From a virus (lineage: Duplodnaviria > Caudoviricetes), in IMG/VR virus record IMGVR_UViG_3300005294_000001, positions 1 through 54,099 of that record: 54,099 bases of DNA; one strand, written 5' to 3'. Below are positions 37,769-45,431 of the stretch, piece by piece; position 1 is the first letter of the stretch; each line of letters begins with the position of its first letter. The position numbers and the translations under genes were made by a program. The notes beneath the pieces are model-generated. The model made no database searches. It was not told the DNA's origin and saw nothing but the letters and a program-made list of their open reading frames with translations.

Positions 37769-38617
37769 ATGAGCAACGGATACTGCAAACTTTTCACCGA
37801 TATTGTCACCTCAACTATTTGGCAAAGGCCGAATGCGTGTCGGGTTCTCTGGGTAACCATGCTTGCCCTTAAGGACGAAACCAACATCTGTAGAGCCACT
37901 GTGCCAGCACTTGCGAAAATATGTGATATTACGATAGATGAGTGTGAATCATACCTACAGGAATTCCAGTCACCGGACGAACATTCACGGTCCCAGGAAT
38001 ACAAAGGAAGGCGCATAGAACGGGTTGACGGTGGCTGGCATATTCTGAATGGCCAGAAGTATCGTGACATGCTGCGAGGTCAAGAAAGACGCGACTATAT
38101 ACGCGGAAAAGTGGCCGAACATCGAAAACGTGTAAACAAAAGTAAACACGGTAATCAATGTAAACCGATAGCAGAAGCAGAAGCAGAAGTACAAGCAATA
38201 CCAGAGAAGCTTCGGTGTAATGAGGAGTTTCTTAGGAAGTGGGAAACATGGCAGTCTGTCCGAACTGCAAAGAAATCATGCAAAGATTTTCCGCAATTGT
38301 TTCAAGAACAGCTTGATTGGTTAGGTGGATTCGCCGTTCCTGTAGCTATCGAGATTCTTGCTCAGTCCATACGAAACGATTGGCAGGGACTATTCCCGCC
38401 CAAGACAAACGGAAACCACCAGACTGATAACGGCAAACTTGCCCCAATCGACAAGGCGATACTCCAGAAGGAAAAGGATTTGATAATTGCTAGGCTAAAC
38501 ACTTTACGCAGTCAATACGATGGACATCAAACTTGGTCAGAGAAAGATCGGCTTGAAGCGGTAAAATTGAAAACAAAACTCTCAGAAATAAACAGTCAAC
38601 TCGGTTGCCTTTTATGA
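37769..38617 (+). CDS. Replication initiator / replisome organiser (lambda O-like organisation)
   Basis: MSNGYCKLFTDIVTSTIW...LWVTMLAL...PDEHSRSQEYKGRRIERVDGGWHILN..KYR; AEAEAE linker; W..W...R and SIRNDWQGLF C-terminal motifs. Confidence 0.8.
   Translation: MSNGYCKLFTDIVTSTIWQRPNACRVLWVTMLALKDETNICRATVPALAKICDITIDECESYLQEFQSPDEHSRSQEYKGRRIERVDGGWHILNGQKYRDMLRGQERRDYIRGKVAEHRKRVNKSKHGNQCKPIAEAEAEVQAIPEKLRCNEEFLRKWETWQSVRTAKKSCKDFPQLFQEQLDWLGGFAVPVAIEILAQSIRNDWQGLFPPKTNGNHQTDNGKLAPIDKAILQKEKDLIIARLNTLRSQYDGHQTWSEKDRLEAVKLKTKLSEINSQLGCLL
38131..38166 (+). repeat. putative origin iterons inside rep
   Basis: TGTAAACA (38131), AGTAAACA (38141), GGTAATCA (38150), TGTAAACC (38159), followed by GCAGAA x3 (38171-88). 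Confidence 0.65.
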
Positions 38618-38856
38618 AAACTTCTGAAGAATGGGTTCGTGAGTTTTACGATTTTGATCATACCCGTGAATCCACGATCAAAAAACTTAGAGATTTCGTA
38701 TCTGAAATCCAATCCGATGCCTTCCACGCTGGACAGTTGATGGGTCTGGATGATGCAAGATCTATCGTGGAGCAGTGGAGTCCATCGGAAACATCTCCAT
38801 GTGGCAGATCGGTTAAGGAAATATCAATCATGCGAGAATCTTTGGAAAAGAAATGA
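38614..38856 (+). CDS. hypothetical protein
   Basis: MKTSEEWVREF...IQSDAFHAG; ATGA-coupled. Confidence 0.65.
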   Translation: MKTSEEWVREFYDFDHTRESTIKKLRDFVSEIQSDAFHAGQLMGLDDARSIVEQWSPSETSPCGRSVKEISIMRESLEKK

Positions 38857-39077
38857 AAACCCTCTCCTGCACCTGCCGAGTGTGTGGAAATTCAATCAGC
38901 CTTCAAATCGATGAGTCGGAATTCTTTACAGATGAGAAGCTGGTCGAAATGGCAACGTGTGATCGCTGCTACGACTCCCACGACCAGCAGGAACGCGACC
39001 GGATAGCGAAATATCACAAGGCTATAGAACGCGAGTGCCAGGAACCGAAGCAATACAAGAAACCTTACGCTGATTGA
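38853..39077 (+). CDS. Zn-finger-like protein (possible helicase-loader-type N-domain)
   Basis: CRVC...CDRC, downstream of rep. Confidence 0.55.
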   Translation: MKTLSCTCRVCGNSISLQIDESEFFTDEKLVEMATCDRCYDSHDQQERDRIAKYHKAIERECQEPKQYKKPYAD

Positions 39078-39078
39078 T

Positions 39079-39642
39079 ATGAAGGTCCTTGTAGCTTGTG
39101 AATGTTCAGGGATAGTGCGTGATGCTTTCCGGGCATTGGGGCATGATGCGTGGTCTTGCGATTTCATGCCGTGCGAACGCGATCCCGAATGGCACCTTGA
39201 AGGTGATGCGCTATATGCAATCAGCGATAACAATGGATTCTATTTCAGGAAATTGAAAGGCCACATTGAATGGGACATGCTTATTGCCCATCCTCCTTGT
39301 GACTTCCTTTCCGGCAGCGGTAATCGTTGGCTTTACGAGGAATGCTCCAGAGGTACACCGGAGCAACGGATAGCAGACCCAAGACCGCATCCATACGTCA
39401 CTAAACGGGTTGGCCAATACTCACAGATAGTTCAACCTTGGTGGTTTGGGGATAAAGCTACAAAAGGAACCTGCCTATGGCTAAAAGGACTTCCTCCACT
39501 CATGGCTACCATCATTGAGAATGGTGCCGACAGGAAACCGCTTTGCCATAGAGAAGGACCTGGGCCTAAAAGGAAAACCAATCGCAGCCGAACGTATCCG
39601 GGCATGGCCGCTGCCATGGCTAAACAATGGGGAAGCTATTGA
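39079..39642 (+). CDS. phage DNA cytosine methyltransferase-like protein, apparently internally shortened
   Basis: MKVLVACECSG.VRDAF...GHDAWSCD, WDMLIAHPPC, QPWWFG...KGTCLWLKGLPPL, RSRTYPGMAAAMAKQWG; the ENP motif is missing. Confidence 0.75.
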   Translation: MKVLVACECSGIVRDAFRALGHDAWSCDFMPCERDPEWHLEGDALYAISDNNGFYFRKLKGHIEWDMLIAHPPCDFLSGSGNRWLYEECSRGTPEQRIADPRPHPYVTKRVGQYSQIVQPWWFGDKATKGTCLWLKGLPPLMATIIENGADRKPLCHREGPGPKRKTNRSRTYPGMAAAMAKQWGSY

Positions 39643-39643
39643 T

Positions 39644-40015
39644 ATGGTATCATGGACCACAGCCGATCAGAACGCCTACGAAGCACGTTTACGGGCAAGT
39701 AAAGAACGCCTTGAAGTGCTGGAGGGGTGCGAAAAGGAGTCGGAACTCCACCAGCAGATTGTGGAACTATGCCGCGCAAGAGGCTACTTGGCCTTTCACG
39801 GGTCTATGGCTCACCAGACATTCAGGACTGAGGGGGAGCCGGATTTCCAGATATGCCTTCCCAATGGTCGATTCCTAATGGTTGAATGCAAGACTAGAAC
39901 CGGCAAACTTTCACCCGCCCAACAAGCAATCCACGCATGGGCCGCACGGCTTAACCACAAAATCCACACGGTCAGATCGTACGAAGAATTCCTTAATCTC
40001 ATAAACCACCAATGA
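39644..40015 (+). CDS. VRR-NUC nuclease / Holliday-junction resolvase-like protein
   Basis: ESELHQQI, GEPDF, MVECKTRTGKLSPAQ, VRSYEEF. Confidence 0.88.
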   Translation: MVSWTTADQNAYEARLRASKERLEVLEGCEKESELHQQIVELCRARGYLAFHGSMAHQTFRTEGEPDFQICLPNGRFLMVECKTRTGKLSPAQQAIHAWAARLNHKIHTVRSYEEFLNLINHQ

Positions 40016-40290
40016 CCACCCAAGAATGCCAAGCTTTAGTCCAATCAGCTATCCGTAGGGGGCTAGCAAAACTCAAAGAGCCAGTGATAGCACCAGCCAA
40101 GACCTCAAAGTATCACAACGACCTCCAGCGTAGGCGCAGGCAGGAGAATATAGCCAATGGTTTAACCACGGACGGCAAGCCAAGGCAGCGTAACTACCAG
40201 CATTTAACCGGTTGGACTGCCAGTCAGAAATTAGAACGTGAACGCAGCCAGAAACTTGCGTGGAGAATCCGCCAATACTACAGCCTATGA
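40012..40290 (+). CDS. basic hypothetical protein
   Basis: R/K-rich; ATGA-coupled. Confidence 0.65.
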   Translation: MTTQECQALVQSAIRRGLAKLKEPVIAPAKTSKYHNDLQRRRRQENIANGLTTDGKPRQRNYQHLTGWTASQKLERERSQKLAWRIRQYYSL

Positions 40291-40550
40291 GTTTAACTGA
40301 CGACCAAGTAAACCACATCATCAACGACCAGGAGGAAACCATTGCCAGCCTGAAGGATAAGCTGTTGGCGATGGAGGATGAAAGGGATTTGGCGGTCGGT
40401 AAGGGTCTGGAACTGGTTCAGTCCATGCGCAGAATCGAATGCGTTGCCACCGCAGAACAGGCCAAGGAAATAGCTAGAAAGGCCATAGACGCTTTTCAAG
40501 GCAGTCGGAGGGTATCAGAGTGCCACCAGAGCAATAAAAATGCGTCCTGA
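40287..40550 (+). CDS. hypothetical coiled-coil protein
   Basis: Start MSLTDD at 40287, coupled; last gene before strand convergence. Confidence 0.6.
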   Translation: MSLTDDQVNHIINDQEETIASLKDKLLAMEDERDLAVGKGLELVQSMRRIECVATAEQAKEIARKAIDAFQGSRRVSECHQSNKNAS

Positions 40551-40634
40551 GTCATTCTGGAGCGTTTTCCACTTAGCCTGTACGCCAAAATCCCCGCCAG
40601 TTGCCTAGCGGGGGTGTCGGGGAAGTTTACAGAT

Positions 40635-40856
40635 TTAACCTCGGTTTGGTCGAAGTTCCAATTCCTTCTTGAACTCATGCGCCAAGTGCCAAGTCTCAAG
40701 AATCAGATCCTTAGCTGATTTACCGCCGATGGAATAGCCAACCAATTCCGGCAGTTGGGCAATCGTCCATAAGTCAGGAATAACGATCTTGGATAGTTCG
40801 ATGGTCTTTTCGGCCTTTCCGCCTGCGTGCAATGTGATGATGTTCTTATTTTTCAT
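40635..40856 (-). CDS. hypothetical early-region protein
   Basis: IVIPDLW...ILETWHLAHEFK. Confidence 0.65.
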   Translation of the reverse strand: MKNKNIITLHAGGKAEKTIELSKIVIPDLWTIAQLPELVGYSIGGKSAKDLILETWHLAHEFKKELELRPNRG

Positions 40857-40879
40857 TCTTTTGGTGGTTTACTGCGGGG

Positions 40880-41113
40880 TTAGTCTGGTTTAGAGGAGTC
40901 CCAAGCCACAGAAGCTTTCCAAGCTTCTGCCCTATCAAATTCTTCAGCTTCCTTACCCATAAAATAATCTAGTTCTTCTTCTAAATCCTTGAGTATTTGC
41001 AACGTATATTTCTGTGAAAGCTCAAGAACTAGGGCATTCATTGGAATGGTTTTTGAAGAAGTGAAAACCCTGTCCTCTATTTCATCACGAATTATAAACG
41101 TGATCATTTTCAT
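40880..41113 (-). CDS. hypothetical early-region protein
   Basis: 77-aa ORF in the small-gene array. Confidence 0.55.
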   Translation of the reverse strand: MKMITFIIRDEIEDRVFTSSKTIPMNALVLELSQKYTLQILKDLEEELDYFMGKEAEEFDRAEAWKASVAWDSSKPD

Positions 41114-41278
41114 AAATTATGTGTATGTCCACCGCTTTTTATTTTGAATGTCCTCGACTATTACAGACGCCGATTTAAATGTTAATCCGGTAGTGCTGCG
41201 AATGTATTTAACGGTGGCAATCCTTCCGAATTCGTTCAAGAACAATCGGATTTTTTGATAGAATTTCTTATCCATAAT

Positions 41279-41545
41279 TCACTCCCTCAAATCTTCAGGG
41301 TTCAAAACTTCAGGTTCATTCAACGGGCTATCCTTACGACAGCCTGCCACTTCCTTTACGGCGTGGATGCCGCATTGACGGGCCTCTGTCACGGTAGCCG
41401 GTTTAGCCGTTATCACCCAGGCCGACACGAATTCGAGTAGGAGATCCGGGTCTGCGGTCAATTCAGGCTTCGACTTGAGCCATGACAGGGCAGCGAATAG
41501 GGCAACCGACAAGGGAGTACCGCCGTTTACTTGTTTGGTGATCAC
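41279..41545 (-). CDS. hypothetical early-region protein
   Basis: 88-aa ORF, GTG start. Confidence 0.5.
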   Translation of the reverse strand: MITKQVNGGTPLSVALFAALSWLKSKPELTADPDLLLEFVSAWVITAKPATVTEARQCGIHAVKEVAGCRKDSPLNEPEVLNPEDLRE

Positions 41546-41693
41546 TTTGATCCTTCCGCTTTGCCGAATTTAATTTTGTCTATTTCCAAGGCACAAGCAA
41601 ACGCCAGCTTAAAATCCCCGTCATGCTTTGCCAGATCCCTGCGCCATCGGAGATCTTTAAGGCTTAATCCTTTTGGAAGTTCAATTTTTCTTT

Positions 41694-41891
41694 TCATGAT
41701 TGTTGCCTTTCAAGTTCGGAGTGGGCCAAAGGGCACCCTAGCTTTGGGCAAACCATGATCTGGCGTTTAAGCTGAACTATTTGGTTTCGGAGAGTCATTG
41801 TTATTCTAATTTCACGATCTAGGGATTGCTTGTATGCGTCCCGCTGTTGCTTCAGCTGATCGATCCATTCTTGGTTTTGGTTTTCGTTCAT
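41694..41891 (-). CDS. hypothetical coiled-coil protein
   Basis: MNENQNQEWIDQLKQQRD... Confidence 0.55.
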   Translation of the reverse strand: MNENQNQEWIDQLKQQRDAYKQSLDREIRITMTLRNQIVQLKRQIMVCPKLGCPLAHSELERQQS

Positions 41892-41964
41892 ATCAAACAG
41901 TAAATCAGAATTAAGATTGCAAACAGGAGCACGCAACCGCCGACCTCGTAGAAGCGGTCAAGGT

Positions 41965-42267
41965 TCATTTTCCCTCCGCACGGTTGATTGCCGCAATGGC
42001 TTTATTGTTGGCGCATGTCATATCATCTGGATCGCATCCGTTTTTACACGGAGAGCATTCCAAAAGTTCTTTTAGAGCTTCCAATAGTTCCGGTGCGGCA
42101 GTTGCAAGTATCGCATTTGCCTTGTGTTCTTTAGACTCTGGGTGAATTGAACAACCGCTAGAGCATTCTTCCACAGTGGGCGCAGCAAAAAGCATTGCGC
42201 GTCCAGAGAATATAAAACCGTTCAATTCCTTCCACGGTCCCGGTGTATGTTTAGCCTGTTCTCTCAT
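41965..42267 (-). CDS. phage protein of the KHTPGPW...ANA.L.AAAPELL type
   Basis: KHTPGPW, ANAILATAAPELLEALKELL. Confidence 0.75.
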   Translation of the reverse strand: MREQAKHTPGPWKELNGFIFSGRAMLFAAPTVEECSSGCSIHPESKEHKANAILATAAPELLEALKELLECSPCKNGCDPDDMTCANNKAIAAINRAEGK

Positions 42268-42291
42268 CGGTTAGCCTTTGGGGTGAATTGT

Positions 42292-42876
42292 TTACCAAGT
42301 GAAGCCAAGTTTTTCCACATCGGCGCGAAATGCGGCTTGCAGGTCATCCGACCTAGACTCAAGCCAGTCCTTCAGCTTTTCAACCTTAACGTCATTCAGT
42401 CCATACCTTGACCAGATGCACGATTCTAAGGCGAAGTCTTTATCAGTGGGCAATGCGCCATAACAAATTGTGCTTTTTAAGTGTTCCAAGTTAGGTGGAC
42501 TGTTTGGCTCCCCATTGCACCACCGGCGATCGCAATGGCCTGCCCAATAGGTGGCGTTTGCAGCGTAGCGCATCGGCTCATCACTGCTCGATAAGTGCCA
42601 TTTGATGAACGGTGCCAACTCAGGAAACGCCTTGGCAATCTGGTTATGCACGCAACCGCACGAATTAAGGTAATAATTTCGCCCGTTCTGCGTTATCGTC
42701 GGCCCCCGTTGATATTCCTTTCCGTAAATCTCGCCAGTGATTGAAAAGGAATTGTGGCCATTGCCACATTCGTCATCAAATCGGATCTCTGCAATAATGA
42801 ACTCGTCACCTATCGCCACAGGTCCGAACTGTTTCTTTTGGTTTTTGGTCAATATGCTTTCTGTAGTGGTTGTCAT
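42292..42876 (-). CDS. phage early-region protein
   Basis: IRFDDECGNGHNSFSITG, GCVH..IAKAFPELAPFIKWHL; GGAG upstream of the ATG. Confidence 0.75.
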   Translation of the reverse strand: MTTTTESILTKNQKKQFGPVAIGDEFIIAEIRFDDECGNGHNSFSITGEIYGKEYQRGPTITQNGRNYYLNSCGCVHNQIAKAFPELAPFIKWHLSSSDEPMRYAANATYWAGHCDRRWCNGEPNSPPNLEHLKSTICYGALPTDKDFALESCIWSRYGLNDVKVEKLKDWLESRSDDLQAAFRADVEKLGFTW

Positions 42877-42905
42877 TGTATTTTCTCCGTTGATTGTTTG
42901 CCGGT

Positions 42906-43142
42906 CTAATGTTTCCTCATGTGTTCGATCATTCCATCTGCGCACCGTTTGACCGCCAGATTAGCCATTGCCACTTTTAACGCCTGGACGCTGTTGGGGT
43001 AGCATTGCTCCTGTTCCAACCAGCCAAGCAAATTCTTTGCAGGCTCAGTGTCGTGGCGATAGTCCGTAAGCAAATCCGCCATTTCGACAGCTTCGTTGTA
43101 TTCCCGCATTGCAGGGGTCATTTCGATTTTAGTGGGTTTCAT
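42906..43142 (-). CDS. hypothetical early-region protein
   Basis: Likely start MKPTKIEM at 43142. Confidence 0.55.
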   Translation of the reverse strand: MKPTKIEMTPAMREYNEAVEMADLLTDYRHDTEPAKNLLGWLEQEQCYPNSVQALKVAMANLAVKRCADGMIEHMRKH

Positions 43143-43200
43143 ATCTAATTTAAATTTGGTGGTATAGAATCCATCCATAGCGTCTAGATTCATAAACTCC

Positions 43201-43431
43201 TCAAGGATAGACGAAATTAGTAAACGGATGATCACGCACAATATCGTTGAAGGTTTGACGTGCCACCCATGCGGCATTCGTCCCAACTGGAGAATTTGCA
43301 TTGTGCGGAATGTGACGAGCGGTTAATTGCCACAAGCAATCTTCACCTATTCCCACAGTTCCACGATCTAGCTTAGAGATGGCTTGCCTTATAGCTTTCG
43401 CCATGTCCTTTTTGAATAATTCAGCATTCAT
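43201..43431 (-). CDS. hypothetical early-region protein
   Basis: 76-aa ORF. Confidence 0.6.
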   Translation of the reverse strand: MNAELFKKDMAKAIRQAISKLDRGTVGIGEDCLWQLTARHIPHNANSPVGTNAAWVARQTFNDIVRDHPFTNFVYP

Positions 43432-43504
43432 ATTCTTTCAATAGTTTCCCCGGTTAATCACCGGCCATTGCTCCAGGTTGCTGCCTGAAGCAAGGGCGGA
43501 GGAT

Positions 43505-43738
43505 TTAGACGACTGATTTCCAGATATTCCAGCCGTTACGGTGCAAGAAATCATCTTGGCATTGTTCCCATGTATAACCAGATGGCGGACTGTTGCGTAA
43601 TACCGTGGCGCAATAGTAGTAATTACCAGATTGGAATAATCTTATTTGCCCCGGTCTGCCTTGATACCATTCAATGTCAGAGGCCGAGCAGGCGAAATGG
43701 AATGCCAGCGCAGTGCGTTGATTGTATTTCGTTTTCAT
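43505..43738 (-). CDS. hypothetical early-region protein
   Basis: 77 aa; MKTK start, YYCAT motif. Confidence 0.65.
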   Translation of the reverse strand: MKTKYNQRTALAFHFACSASDIEWYQGRPGQIRLFQSGNYYYCATVLRNSPPSGYTWEQCQDDFLHRNGWNIWKSVV

Positions 43739-43770
43739 ATTCTTTCTTTTAGTGGGTTTAGTGGAGGTTA

Positions 43771-43998
43771 TTATTTATCCCATTGTGTTAGCCCCATCTT
43801 GCTTCGCTCTTCCATCCTGTTTCGGGCATAGCTCAAATTCTCTTTGGAGTTTTTAAGGTAGACAATGGCTTTCACTACGGTTTCGCCCTTGATGCCGGAT
43901 GCAGTTCCGAAGCAGTAAGGGTGCTCTCGTACTACTCTGTTTTTTACTCTTTCAATCTTTACTTCTAGGTCTCCTATTTGTTGCTCAATTGTTTTCAT
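43771..43998 (-). CDS. hypothetical early-region protein
   Basis: 75 aa; MKT start. Confidence 0.6.
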   Translation of the reverse strand: MKTIEQQIGDLEVKIERVKNRVVREHPYCFGTASGIKGETVVKAIVYLKNSKENLSYARNRMEERSKMGLTQWDK

Positions 43999-44016
43999 GT
44001 TTAGCCTTTTGGGGGA

Positions 44017-44349
44017 TTAGTTAATTGGGGTCGGTGTGTAGCTCGGAAGTTGTTCAATAAAGCCTTCTTGCTTCTTAAGGTTAAGCCATAGATCGACTCT
44101 GGTATTGCAATCGCCAAGTGAGCCAACATAACGAACTGGTATCGTTTCGTTAAAGGCGTGGAAATAGATCTCGAAAAGATTCTGGCCTATTACATACATC
44201 GATACTCGGCAGTAATTGCCAAGTGAATCCCATAGCTTGCGCTCAGATAAAAGAGGAGAATTTAAGTTCATACTCCCACCAATAGCACACACAATGCCAA
44301 CATTTTTTGATTTTGAGTCGCTCATATTATTAAGGTTTAAATGGTTCAC
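44017..44349 (-). CDS. hypothetical early-region protein
   Basis: 110-aa ORF; start uncertain. Confidence 0.5.
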   Translation of the reverse strand: MNHLNLNNMSDSKSKNVGIVCAIGGSMNLNSPLLSERKLWDSLGNYCRVSMYVIGQNLFEIYFHAFNETIPVRYVGSLGDCNTRVDLWLNLKKQEGFIEQLPSYTPTPIN

Positions 44350-44542
44350 TATTGATCACTGTCCGATATGTCATCCTGTCGCGTTTGGTTGCTTTACGAA
44401 GTGTTATCCAGCCAATTCCAACCCATTCAACCAAGCTTCCGTTTTCTATTACCCTACTAATATGCTTCTCACGTCCTGCTACCATGCGAACGGTATGCAA
44501 TTCAGATGCTGCAATTGGCTTAGGTGCAATGCGTTTTTTCAT
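44330..44542 (-). CDS. hypothetical early-region protein
   Basis: VRMVAG...EWVGIGWI. Confidence 0.65.
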   Translation of the reverse strand: MKKRIAPKPIAASELHTVRMVAGREKHISRVIENGSLVEWVGIGWITLRKATKRDRMTYRTVINSEPFKP

Positions 44543-44546
44543 GTGA

Positions 44547-44753
44547 TTATGAATTGGAAAGCTTACGCGAACGAACTACCAAACTAGATGCGCGTCCAAC
44601 GGCAGAGTCCAAATAGGATTCAAGCTTGGCAATGTGAATTCCCATTTCAGTATCCTTAACTTCTGCATCGGTCCAATTGATTACCTTGATGGTATCGTTC
44701 AAGGCTAAAATCTGTTTCAGTAGGTCTTGCAGTGTTTCGGTGGAGGTTTTCAT
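44547..44753 (-). CDS. first gene of the putative early operon, hypothetical
   Basis: 68 aa, immediately downstream of the sigma54-like promoter. Confidence 0.6.
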   Translation of the reverse strand: MKTSTETLQDLLKQILALNDTIKVINWTDAEVKDTEMGIHIAKLESYLDSAVGRASSLVVRSRKLSNS

Positions 44754-44775
44754 ATCGTTTTTTAAGCCTAAGCGA

Positions 44776-44792
44776 AAGCATTGCGCGTGCCA
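44776..44792 (-). promoter_or_regulatory. sigma54 (RpoN) -24/-12 promoter
   Basis: Minus strand TGGCACGCGCAATGCTT versus consensus TGGCACG-N4-TTGCW (one mismatch); intergenic and oriented toward 44753. Confidence 0.7.
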
Positions 44793-44797
44793 TGAAT

Positions 44798-44961
44798 TAT
44801 CAACGCAAGTCGTTGACTATCTATTGCCTACAAACAGGACACGAAGCTAAAGTGTAAGCAGAATCGACAAGTAAAGTGTCCATCAAACCACCAAGACACT
44901 CGATTTCCTAAGCAATTGCGCGATTCACTGTCCAACTACGCGACATGTCGAATAAGCGACA
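44798..44961. promoter_or_regulatory. IHF-like site and enhancer-like TGT-N10/11-ACA palindromes
   Basis: AGTCAACGACTTG (minus, 44818-06) versus WATCAANNNNTTR; TGT-N11-ACA at 44853-69 and 44929-45; TGT-N10-ACA at 44946-61. Confidence 0.55.
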
Positions 44962-45047
44962 GTTGACGGAATAGCTAACACGTTGATGCACTCGCAATCT
45001 ACAGAAGTCTTGCGTTGAACGGCCAGCTAAGCGAGAGTTGCAACGCT

Positions 45048-45431
45048 ATGCCAAGACCCTCTTTCACCGTTGAACAAGCTAAGGCAGCGGGTAAACGGTC
45101 CGCTGAACTCAGAGCGCAACGCAAACTAAACCCACCAATAGCGCAACCCGTTGCCATGCCAGAAGCGTTATCAGACGCAGGACAAACGCTCAGCGCATAC
45201 GCTTACGAACTCGCACGTGCGCAGTCTGAACTGCTCGCGGAACTCCGCAGTTGCGACAGTGCCAAGGACAAGGCTGCGCTCAGTCAGGCGATCAAGAACC
45301 TCCGCGAAGCTTGGCACATGGAAACCGGTGCGCCAAAGCCCGGCACCATCAAGCCTGAGAGCAGACGCACGCGACAATCGCCAGCTCGCCCTCCCGAACC
45401 TGAGCCGATAGACCCGTCAATACCACAATAG
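45048..45431 (+). CDS. possible terminase small subunit / DNA-binding protein
   Basis: FTVEQAKAAGKRSAELR N-terminus, helical core, Pro-rich tail; isolated gene followed by a G-rich tract. Function inferred only. Confidence 0.4.
   Translation: MPRPSFTVEQAKAAGKRSAELRAQRKLNPPIAQPVAMPEALSDAGQTLSAYAYELARAQSELLAELRSCDSAKDKAALSQAIKNLREAWHMETGAPKPGTIKPESRRTRQSPARPPEPEPIDPSIPQ

Noticed and set aside
42189-42202. 14-bp match AAAGCATTGCGCGT to the sigma54 promoter region (44775-88)
   Set aside because: It lies inside a CDS and lacks the correctly spaced TGGCAC element (reads TGGACG); probably chance.
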